A stretch of DNA of 64,000 bases, from positions 863,219 through 927,218 of the forward strand of contig NZ_LT907978.1 of assembly GCF_900209925.1 (NCBI RefSeq), given 5' to 3'. The notes below the pieces were generated by a model. It was given only the letters and a program-made list of their open reading frames with translations. It made no database searches and had not been told where the DNA came from. The DNA comes from Anaerobutyricum hallii (GTDB taxonomy: Bacteria > Bacillota > Clostridia > Lachnospirales > Lachnospiraceae). Both the position numbers and the translations under genes were made by a program. Below, in pieces: positions 8,193 through 16,388 of the stretch (position 1 is its first letter; each line of letters opens with the position of its first letter).

Positions 8193-11100
8193 ATGCAGAG
8201 AAAGGTATATATTCTGGAGAATCTTGATTGTGCGAACTGTGCAGCCAAGATTGAAAGAAAGTTAAGCAAGCTGCCGGAGTTAAACGATGTATCAGTTACA
8301 TTTGCAACAAAACAGCTTCGATTTGAAGCAGAAGACCCAGAAGCAGTTTTGCCAAAAATCAGAGAGACAATTCAGTCTATGGAACCAGATGTTGAGGTTG
8401 TAGAAAGAACTCGCGGTAAGCGCAAAACAGCAGAGCATCACCATGAGCACCATGAGCATCATGATCACGAGCATGGTCACGAAGAGAGCTGTGGATGTGG
8501 CCACGAGCATCACCATGACCATCATGATCACGAGCATGATCATGAAGAGAGTTGTGGATGCGGCCACGAGCATCACCATGACCATCATGAGCATCATGAT
8601 CACGAACATGGCCATGAAGACGGTTGTGGATGCGGTCACGAGCATCATCATGAGCATCATGATCACGAGCATGGCCATGAAGAGGGCTGTGGATGTAGCC
8701 ACGAGCATCACCATGACCATCATGATCACGAGCATGGACATGAAGACGGCTGCGGCTGCGGACATGATCATCATCATGAACCATCCAAACCACAGGCGAC
8801 GCGATCACATACACATTTTGAAGTGGAATATCATCATGTAGACGGACATCCGGATCACTGTGATTGCAGTCAGTGTAATTCTTATATAGAATATTGTGAC
8901 GTATGTGGAGAAAGTCTTGCAAAGTGTACTTGCCATATGCCGGATGAGGATTTAGAGAAAAAGGTATATATTTTAGAAGGAATTGATTGTGCGAATTGTG
9001 CGGCTAAGATTGAGGCAAAAATCCGCCAGATGCCGGAAGTAGGATTTGCTTCGGTAGCATTTGCAACAAAGCAGCTTCGTGTTTCAGCAAATAATCAGGC
9101 AGAGTTATTGCCTAAAATGCAGGCTGTTGTAGATTCTATTGAAGACGGCGTGACAATTGTTCCAAGACAGAGAAAGAGACCAACAGGTATTTCTAATACA
9201 AAGATATATATTTTGGAAGGACTTGACTGTGCAAACTGTGCAGCTAAGATTGAAGCAAAGTTAAGAACACTCAATGGTGTAGATGATCTGACAATTACTT
9301 ATGCGACAAAGCAGATGAAGCTTTCTGCAAAGAATCCGGATCAGATGATTCCATTGATTAAAGAAACAATTGATTCTATGGAAGATGGAATTACAATTGT
9401 GCCAAAAGATAATAAAGTAGCAAAATCAGCAGAAAAAGAAGAGAAGAAATTCTCATTTAATAATCCATTAGTAAGTATTGGTATTGGAGCAGTAATATTT
9501 ATTATTGGTGAGGTACTTGAACATATTGGGAATGTACCGGCAATTCCAATGTTTGCTCTATTCTTGATTGCATATTTAGTTCTTGGCGGCAAAGTATTAG
9601 TTACAGCCGGGAAGAATATCATGAAAGGTCAGGTATTTGATGAAAACTTCTTGATGTGTATCGCAACAATTGGTGCGTTCTGTATTCAGGAATTTCCGGA
9701 AGCAGTAGGTGTTATGCTTTTCTATCGTATTGGTGAGTATTTTGAAGAAAAAGCAACGGAGCAGAGTCGTACACAGATTATGGAAGCAGTTGACTTAAGA
9801 CCGGAAGTTGTTAATCTTATTGTTGGAGAAGATATTCGTGTCATTGATGCAGAAGAAGCTAATGTAGGAGATATCCTTTTAGTACGTCCCGGTGACCGTA
9901 TTCCATTAGATGGTGTTATCATTGATGGAGAGAGCCGTATTGATACTTCACCTGTCACCGGTGAACCAGTACCGGTTATGGCAAAAACAGGAGATAATAT
10001 TGTTTCCGGATGTGTCAATACATCAGGACAGTTAAAAATTCGTGTTGAGAAGATTCTTGAGGAATCTATGGTAACAAGAATTCTTGATTCGGTGGAAAAT
10101 GCAGCAGCAAGTAAGCCGAATATTGACAAGTTTATTACTCGTTTTGCAAGAGTGTATACACCGTTTGTTGTATTTTTTGCATTATTTGTAGCAATTGTTC
10201 TTCCATTTATTTTACCTGATTCTCTGAACTGGCATCTTTTTGTAGATAGTGCATACACAGGAACAGTAAATACCATTTATGGAACAAGCGGAACAGCATC
10301 AATTTATACAGCATTGACATTCCTTGTTATCAGTTGCCCTTGTGCATTAGTATTAAGTGTTCCTCTGGCATTCTTTTCAGGAATTGGAGCGGGCTCTAAA
10401 AAAGGTATCCTCTTTAAAGGAGGAATTGCTATTGAAGGGCTTAAAAATGTCAAAGCAATTGTAATGGATAAAACAGGAACGATCACAAAAGGTAACTTTG
10501 TAGTTCAGAAAGCAAATCCGGCAGGAAATGCGATGACTGCAAATGATTTGTTAGCAATCAGTGCAAGTTGTGAATTGTCTTCTACACATCCGATCGGAAA
10601 TAGTATTGTAGATGCAGCAAAAGAAAAGGGACTTTCCATTGAGCGGCCTTCTAAAGTAGAAGAAATCGCAGGACATGGTATACGTGCAGAACTTAGTAAA
10701 GGTGTGGTTCTTTGTGGTAACAGAAAGCTTATGGATGAACAGAATGTTGATCTTAGCTCCTATCAGAAAGAAGACTTTGGCACAGAAGTCCTCGTTGTAT
10801 TAAACGGTAAATTTGTTGGAAACATTGTTATTTCTGATACAGTAAAGGAAGATGCGAAAGAAGCAATCGCAGCGGTAAAGAAGCAGGGAATCATTACTGC
10901 AATGCTTACAGGCGATGCGCAGGAGAGCGCAGATGCTGTTGCAAAAGAAACAGGAATCGACGAAGCACATGCAAAATTGCTTCCACAGGATAAGTTATCC
11001 GAGCTGAAGAAAATCAGAGAAAGTCATGGAGCAGTTATGTTTGTCGGAGATGGTATCAACGATGCACCGGTACTCGCTGGCGCAGATGTTGGTGCGGCAA

Positions 11101-11366
11101 TGGGAAGCGGCGCAGATGCAGCAATTGAAGCAGCAGATGTCGTATTTATGAATTCTGAAATGAAAGCGATTCCGGAAGCAGTCAGCATTGCAAAGATGAC
11201 AAACAGCATTTCATGGCAAAACGTTGTATTTGCACTTGCGATTAAAATTATTGTTATGATCATGGGACTTTTCGGATTTGCAAATATGTGGATCGCAGTA
11301 TTTGCAGATACAGGAGTATCCGTACTCTGCCTTCTGAATTCCATTAGGATTCTTCATAGAAAATAA
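8193..11366 (+). CDS. heavy-metal-translocating P1B-type ATPase (Zn/Cd/Co type) with three HMA-like CANCAAKIE domains and a His-rich repeat insert
   Basis: DKTGT phosphorylation site, CPC motif in TM6, GDGINDAP, a D-T-G motif in TM8, and three N-terminal LDCANCAAKIE domains. Confidence 0.9.
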   Translation: MQRKVYILENLDCANCAAKIERKLSKLPELNDVSVTFATKQLRFEAEDPEAVLPKIRETIQSMEPDVEVVERTRGKRKTAEHHHEHHEHHDHEHGHEESCGCGHEHHHDHHDHEHDHEESCGCGHEHHHDHHEHHDHEHGHEDGCGCGHEHHHEHHDHEHGHEEGCGCSHEHHHDHHDHEHGHEDGCGCGHDHHHEPSKPQATRSHTHFEVEYHHVDGHPDHCDCSQCNSYIEYCDVCGESLAKCTCHMPDEDLEKKVYILEGIDCANCAAKIEAKIRQMPEVGFASVAFATKQLRVSANNQAELLPKMQAVVDSIEDGVTIVPRQRKRPTGISNTKIYILEGLDCANCAAKIEAKLRTLNGVDDLTITYATKQMKLSAKNPDQMIPLIKETIDSMEDGITIVPKDNKVAKSAEKEEKKFSFNNPLVSIGIGAVIFIIGEVLEHIGNVPAIPMFALFLIAYLVLGGKVLVTAGKNIMKGQVFDENFLMCIATIGAFCIQEFPEAVGVMLFYRIGEYFEEKATEQSRTQIMEAVDLRPEVVNLIVGEDIRVIDAEEANVGDILLVRPGDRIPLDGVIIDGESRIDTSPVTGEPVPVMAKTGDNIVSGCVNTSGQLKIRVEKILEESMVTRILDSVENAAASKPNIDKFITRFARVYTPFVVFFALFVAIVLPFILPDSLNWHLFVDSAYTGTVNTIYGTSGTASIYTALTFLVISCPCALVLSVPLAFFSGIGAGSKKGILFKGGIAIEGLKNVKAIVMDKTGTITKGNFVVQKANPAGNAMTANDLLAISASCELSSTHPIGNSIVDAAKEKGLSIERPSKVEEIAGHGIRAELSKGVVLCGNRKLMDEQNVDLSSYQKEDFGTEVLVVLNGKFVGNIVISDTVKEDAKEAIAAVKKQGIITAMLTGDAQESADAVAKETGIDEAHAKLLPQDKLSELKKIRESHGAVMFVGDGINDAPVLAGADVGAAMGSGADAAIEAADVVFMNSEMKAIPEAVSIAKMTNSISWQNVVFALAIKIIVMIMGLFGFANMWIAVFADTGVSVLCLLNSIRILHRK
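8440..8800 (+). repeat. tandem 63-72 nt coding repeats (5 units) encoding a His-rich metal-binding segment
   Basis: Units of about 21-24 aa (HEHHxDHxxHEHGHEExCGCG) repeated five times within the ATPase ORF. Confidence 0.85.
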
Positions 11367-11388
11367 TAGTTTGTAGATTTCGTATAGA

Positions 11389-11506
11389 CGAAAAAAGAAA
11401 TACTGCCCTATCCCATCTGCTCTGTAGTCGCTGTGTTTAAAATGCTCGTCCGCATCTTAAACACGCTCCGAAGCCGCATCTGGGATAGGGCAGTATTTCT
11501 TTTTTC
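11389..11506. repeat. IR-B palindromic terminator-like repeat, copy 1
   Basis: GAAAAAAGAAATACTGCCCTATCCCATCTG, then an inner hairpin GTGTTTAAAATGC/GCATCTTAAACAC, then TGGGATAGGGCAGTATTTCTTTTTTC. Starts 23 bp after the ATPase stop codon. Confidence 0.85.
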
Positions 11507-11670
11507 TGACTATCTAAATCCACAATCGGTGAGAATGAGGGGATTGTCCAGAAGGCTATGGTTTTCATCCAAATAAAGGCTCCAGACAAGGAATATTTTC
11601 TTATGGAGAAATAGTTATTTGATTAAAAATCATAATCTTCCCAAAAATCCCCTTCTCTTTCCAACACAAA

Positions 11671-11846
11671 TCACTAATTTCCATCTGGAACCAAAGAGCA
11701 GAAAACCAGAAATTTAATATAGAAGAAAATGTGATGTCGGAGCGAGTAAAAATGCCGGTCAGGCATTTTCTGCGAAGCGACTATCTTCACATTTTCTTCT
11801 ATATTAAATTTCTGGTTTTCGTTTCTTTAGTCTCTCAAATTAGTAG
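11671..11846. repeat. IR-A palindromic repeat, copy 3
   Basis: Arms AAAACCAGAAATTTAATATAGAAGAAAATGTGA and their exact reverse complement, with the same core as the 5513 copy. Confidence 0.85.
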
Positions 11847-12119
11847 TTAATCTGCTCTGTATTCTTCTGGAATATCTTCTTCATCCCATACGATAACATT
11901 AAAGTTTTTCTGGCATCCCATCTTGATTCCAAAGCCAAGTACATTATCTGTAGAACGGTCTAAAGCAACTTTGATAAAATCAACAGCTTCTTTATGTTTG
12001 GTTCCTACAACATATACATTAAAGTTTTTAGAATATTCTCCATTTAAAACGGTGAATTCTCCTTTTTTTAAATGTTCATCTCGTTCTGGTGCTAACTTTC
12101 TCTTTTCAAGTATTGTCAT
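11847..12119 (-). CDS. hypothetical protein (90 aa)
   Basis: Strong RBS TAGGAGGAGATAT 6 nt upstream of the start. No recognisable domain. Confidence 0.55.
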   Translation of the reverse strand: MTILEKRKLAPERDEHLKKGEFTVLNGEYSKNFNVYVVGTKHKEAVDFIKVALDRSTDNVLGFGIKMGCQKNFNVIVWDEEDIPEEYRAD

Positions 12120-12198
12120 GATATCTCCTCCTAAAAATCTTCACAATAAACCATTATAACATTTATTGCGAATACTTCAAGGTGTCTTGGAGAAAGAA

Positions 12199-13122
12199 TT
12201 ATTGTGGAAGTTCTTGTGTAGAACCTGTCATTAAAAAGTTTTTACAAAGATATCCCTCGCGCACACCGTAGCGGGATACCCATATCTTCTCACAGTGAAG
12301 TCTTTCTATAATTTCTTTTACAACAAGCATACCGGGGATGATCGTATGGACACGATCTGGGCATAGTTTTAAAATATAATTACGGGAAGCAGCATCACGT
12401 TTTAATAGTATTTTTAAAATTTTATTGAATTCATCTTTTGTAATGATTCGATTATTTTCCTCTTTGTTAAAATGGTAATTGACAATATTTAAGATGGCAC
12501 GACATGTACCGCCGACACAACAGACTTTTTCTGGTACTTTTTTTGGAAAATCAACAGCATCGAGTCGTTTTGAAATACGTTTTGCAATCGCTTTTTGTTC
12601 TTTTTTATCTGGCCATAAACCGGAAACGTGATTGTGGAAAAGATTTAAAGAACCGATAGAAATACTTTGGGATTTTTTTACTTTTCCATTTTTTACACGA
12701 ACGAATTCAGTACTTCCACCACCAATATCAAACATAATACCGTTCTTTAAATCGGTTGTGTACAGGGCACCATAGTAGCCTAAGATACCTTCTTCGCTGC
12801 CGGCAATGACATCGACACAAAGACCAGTTCTGCGCTTGATTGTTTCAAGTGCTTTTTCTGTATTCTTGATATTACGTAAAGAAGCGGTGGCAAACACATG
12901 CATTTCGTTCACACCAAGCTGCTGTAAAAGGACTTTGAAATCAAGCAGTACGGCACATGCCTGATTGATACCATCATTAGACATAATTCCATGGGAGACA
13001 TATCCGGCAAGACCGGCCATATATTTTTTTGAGAATAAGGTTTCAAAGCTTCCGTTTTCTAATGTATTGTAAAGAGAAAGACGGATTGTATTGGAACCTA
13101 AATCGACAATAGCACATTTCAT
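12199..13122 (-). CDS. Ppx/GppA-family phosphatase (exopolyphosphatase / guanosine pentaphosphate phosphohydrolase)
   Basis: N-terminal AIVDLGSNTIRL and DIGGGSTEF actin-like ATPase motifs. RBS AGGAGG. Confidence 0.8.
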   Translation of the reverse strand: MKCAIVDLGSNTIRLSLYNTLENGSFETLFSKKYMAGLAGYVSHGIMSNDGINQACAVLLDFKVLLQQLGVNEMHVFATASLRNIKNTEKALETIKRRTGLCVDVIAGSEEGILGYYGALYTTDLKNGIMFDIGGGSTEFVRVKNGKVKKSQSISIGSLNLFHNHVSGLWPDKKEQKAIAKRISKRLDAVDFPKKVPEKVCCVGGTCRAILNIVNYHFNKEENNRIITKDEFNKILKILLKRDAASRNYILKLCPDRVHTIIPGMLVVKEIIERLHCEKIWVSRYGVREGYLCKNFLMTGSTQELPQ

Positions 13123-13292
13123 AAATATTAACCTCCTGATAAAATCGCTATAGTTTATAATAACAAGTATTGGTAAGAAAGGAAAGAAATATAAGTCAAA
13201 TTTATGTAAAAAAGAATATGAAAAATAATATTGAAATAAAAAAAGTATTGTGATAAAATAAATGTAATATTTTTACAATAAAGGAGTTAGCT

Positions 13293-13469
13293 ATGACAAG
13301 TCAATGTGATTTATGTGCATATTACTGGATTGATGAAGAAGATGGGACAGGAGAATGCCAGGTGAATCTGGATGAGGATGATCTGGCGAGAATGTTGTCT
13401 GGTTCTGCAGATAGTTGTCCGTATTTTCAGATGTATGATGAGTATAAGATTGTGCGGAAACAGATCTAG
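13293..13469 (+). CDS. small Cys-rich protein (58 aa, CxxC...C...CP), not in the ORF track because it is under 60 aa
   Basis: RBS AAAGGAG 7 nt upstream of the ATG at 13293. Product MTSQCDLCAYYW...ECQ...CPYFQ. Clean ORF ending in TAG at 13467-13469. Confidence 0.55.
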   Translation: MTSQCDLCAYYWIDEEDGTGECQVNLDEDDLARMLSGSADSCPYFQMYDEYKIVRKQI

Positions 13470-13553
13470 AAGATAAGATGTAGAATAGAAGATATAATCA
13501 GGGATTAAATCCGGGGGTAATGGAAGTCGGTTAACAATCAGCTTATCCAAGTA

Positions 13554-13733
13554 TTAGATAAACTGATTTCGCTCTTTATTATATTCAAAGCCTGCAGAAG
13601 ATAGTTTTTCTTTAAGAGTATTCTCATCAATATTCATATCTTCGCACAAAGCCTCTAATGAAGAGTAGAAGTCGCGCAGCTTTGTGTTAATGACGCTGTA
13701 AAGCATAATCGGATCTTTGGGTAATCGTTCCAT
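13554..13733 (-). CDS. DUF4250-like small protein (59 aa), not in the ORF track
   Basis: Translation of the minus strand gives MERLPKDPIMLYSVINTKLRDFYSSLEALCEDMNIDENTLKEKLSSAGFEYNKERNQFI, which has the DUF4250 pattern. Confidence 0.55.
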   Translation of the reverse strand: MERLPKDPIMLYSVINTKLRDFYSSLEALCEDMNIDENTLKEKLSSAGFEYNKERNQFI

Positions 13734-14121
13734 AGTAGTATCCTTTCTTGGAAATTAATCGTAAATATGCCGAGGCATTATTGAATATCTAATAACATAA
13801 GTTTTATCGAAATATTCTCGGAGATAAATGAACGCAAAAAAAGAGATGTCTACACATAAATATATAAAATAAATATTTAAGAACCAGTATAGTAGTGACA
13901 TCTCTTTAAAATTAGAATAATATGTCTAATTTATGTTTAAATTATATATGAAATTTTAGAAAAAAGCAAGAGAAAATTGAAAGAAAATTCTTAGATTAAT
14001 ATACTATATAGAGATTAGTTATGGAAAGTGGAAAAATAATGGAAAAAAACGTTGATTTTCTGGACTTCATTTTTAATTTGTAGTATTCTAATAAATAGAA
14101 ATTTTATTGGAGGTAATATTT

Positions 14122-14598
14122 ATGAATAAAGTATGGAAATTCCATAATGACGTGGATACCGACCAGATCATTGCATCACAGTATCTACTTTTACCAGATA
14201 TTGAAGCAATGAAACAATATACATTTGAATCCTTAGATCCTGATTTTTCAAAAAAAGCGCAGCCGGGTGATTTGATCGTTGCCGGAGAGAATTTTGGCTG
14301 TGGTTCATCGAGAGAACAGGCACCGAGTGTTTTAAAAGCTCTTGGAATTAAAGCGGTAATTGCCAAGTCATTTGCCAGAATCTTTTATCGTAATTCAATC
14401 AATATCGGACTCCCGGTTATTGTATGTAAGGAATTATACGATTATGTAGAAGACGGTGGAGAGGCAGAGCTTGATCTTTCTGCAGGTACAGTCACGGTTA
14501 ACGGACAGGTATTTTCCTGTACAAAGCTTCCGGAATATATGCAGAATATTTTGAATGCCGGAGGATTGATTGCATCTTTAAATAAGGAGGAAGCGTAG
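14122..14598 (+). CDS. aconitase-family dehydratase small subunit (LeuD-like), pair 1
   Basis: GCGSSREQAP motif. RBS GGAGGT before the ATG at 14122. About 158 aa. Confidence 0.8.
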   Translation: MNKVWKFHNDVDTDQIIASQYLLLPDIEAMKQYTFESLDPDFSKKAQPGDLIVAGENFGCGSSREQAPSVLKALGIKAVIAKSFARIFYRNSINIGLPVIVCKELYDYVEDGGEAELDLSAGTVTVNGQVFSCTKLPEYMQNILNAGGLIASLNKEEA

Positions 14599-14601
14599 AT
14601 T

Positions 14602-15855
14602 ATGGGAATGACTTTAGGAGAAAAGATTATCGCTCGTGCTGCTGGTGTTGATTTTGTAAAACCGAATGATATCCATACAGTAACACTTGATCGTATGATG
14701 AGTAATGATGGTACAACACATCTTACGGTGGATATGTATCATAATCAATTAAAACATCCTCAAATTGCAGATAAAGATAAAGTAGTATTTATCATGGATC
14801 ACAATGTTCCAGCTGAGAACCCGAAGACAGCAGAGGCACATAAAAAGATGCGTGATTTTGCAATAGAGAATGATATTAAGTTATATGAAGGACAGGGAGT
14901 CTGTCACCAGATTATGATGGAAGATTATGTCTGCCCTGGAGAGTTGATTTTTGGCGCAGATTCACATACCACTTCTTACGGAGCATTAGGAGCGTTTGGT
15001 ACAGGGGTTGGATGTACAGATTTTTTATATGCGATGACAACAGGAACATCCTGGGTTATGGTTCCTGAAACAATCCGTTTTAATCTGCATGGAGAATTAA
15101 AAGAAGGGGTTTACCCAAGAGATTTAATTCTTACGATTATTGGAGATATCGGAGCGAATGGAGCGAATTATAAGATTATGGAGTTTGCGGGAGATGGAGC
15201 GCACAAGCTTTCTGTTGATGACCGTATGGTTCTTTGTAATCTCACTGTAGAGGCTGGTGCAAAGGCTGGTATTGTTGAGCCGGATGAAAAGGTTGTAGAA
15301 TATTGTAAAGCGCATGGTCGTGAGGCAGTACATATGTTTAAAAGTGATGAGGATGCACATTTTTGTGAAGTGTATGATTATGACTTGAGTAAGATTGAAC
15401 CAGTTGTTGTACGCCCGGATTTTGTAGATAATTTTGCCCTGCTTAAAGATGTAAAAGAAGAGCGGATCGCTATTGACGAAGCTTTCTTAGGTTCTTGTAA
15501 TAATGGACGTATTGATGACCTTCGGGTAGCTGCTGAGATTGTCAGAGGAAAACAGGTTGATCCTAAGGTTCGATTCATCGTTGCACCGGCTTCAAAAGCT
15601 GTTTACATTCAGGCGTTAGAAGAGGGAATTATCACTACTTTAATGGAAGCAGGAGCGATGGTTATGAATTGTAACTGTTCCGTATGCTGGGGAAGCTGTC
15701 AGGGTGTAATCGGTGAGAATGAAGTACTGATTTCCACAGGAACGAGAAACTTTAAAGGTCGTGCAGGTGCGCCAAGTTCCAAAGTATATCTGGCAAGTGC
15801 TGCAACAGTAGCAGCTTCTGCTCTTGCAGGATACATTACGGAACCGGAAGCGTAA
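14602..15855 (+). CDS. aconitase-family dehydratase large subunit (LeuC-like, short archaeal type), pair 1
   Basis: GADSHT and GSCNNGR motifs and an unusual Cys cluster NCNCSVCWGSC. 417 aa. Confidence 0.8.
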   Translation: MGMTLGEKIIARAAGVDFVKPNDIHTVTLDRMMSNDGTTHLTVDMYHNQLKHPQIADKDKVVFIMDHNVPAENPKTAEAHKKMRDFAIENDIKLYEGQGVCHQIMMEDYVCPGELIFGADSHTTSYGALGAFGTGVGCTDFLYAMTTGTSWVMVPETIRFNLHGELKEGVYPRDLILTIIGDIGANGANYKIMEFAGDGAHKLSVDDRMVLCNLTVEAGAKAGIVEPDEKVVEYCKAHGREAVHMFKSDEDAHFCEVYDYDLSKIEPVVVRPDFVDNFALLKDVKEERIAIDEAFLGSCNNGRIDDLRVAAEIVRGKQVDPKVRFIVAPASKAVYIQALEEGIITTLMEAGAMVMNCNCSVCWGSCQGVIGENEVLISTGTRNFKGRAGAPSSKVYLASAATVAASALAGYITEPEA

Positions 15856-15887
15856 AGCATTTTATCATAGAAAGAGGTAAGTATATC

Positions 15888-16379
15888 ATGGAACAGTTTA
15901 CTGGAAAAGTATGGATACTCGGTGATGATATTGATACAGATATTATTATTCCGACAGAGTATCTGGCACTTCCTACCGTTGAAGATATGAAGCAGTATGG
16001 ATTTTCTCCGTTAAGACCGGAACTTGCAGGGCAGATTCAGGAAGGAGATATCATTGTTGCCGGAAAGAATTTTGGCTGTGGCTCCTCCAGAGAACAGGCA
16101 CCGGAAATTATTAAGGCATTGAAAGTCAAGTGTGTCATTGCAAAGTCTTACGCCCGTATTTTCTTTAGAAACTCTATTAATAACGGACTTTTGCTTATTG
16201 AGAACAGTGATATTCAGGATGTGATTAAAGAAGGCGATACCCTGACAGTGCATATGGGTGAATCTTTAGAATTTGATGGAAAGACATATCCGATTCATCC
16301 ACTGCCAGATAACCTGATGGACATTATTAATGCAGGTGGTCTTGTAAAAGCGATGCAGAAACGTAACGGAATTATTTAG
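15888..16379 (+). CDS. aconitase-family dehydratase small subunit (LeuD-like), pair 2
   Basis: GCGSSREQAP motif; 163 aa. Confidence 0.8.
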   Translation: MEQFTGKVWILGDDIDTDIIIPTEYLALPTVEDMKQYGFSPLRPELAGQIQEGDIIVAGKNFGCGSSREQAPEIIKALKVKCVIAKSYARIFFRNSINNGLLLIENSDIQDVIKEGDTLTVHMGESLEFDGKTYPIHPLPDNLMDIINAGGLVKAMQKRNGII

Positions 16380-16388
16380 GAGGCAGTC

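Noticed and set aside
8292-8922. Antisense and alternative-frame ORFs (8292-8777, 8377-8922, 8443-8841) rich in M/V/H repeats
   Set aside because: These are artefacts of the tandem His-codon repeats inside the P-type ATPase gene. The ATPase frame is the one with the conserved domains.
13740-14121. Possible T-box or leader attenuator upstream of the first LeuD-like gene
   Set aside because: The region is extremely AT-rich, with no specifier-loop or T-box consensus (AATTAGGGTGGNACCGCG) and no Leu-rich leader peptide.
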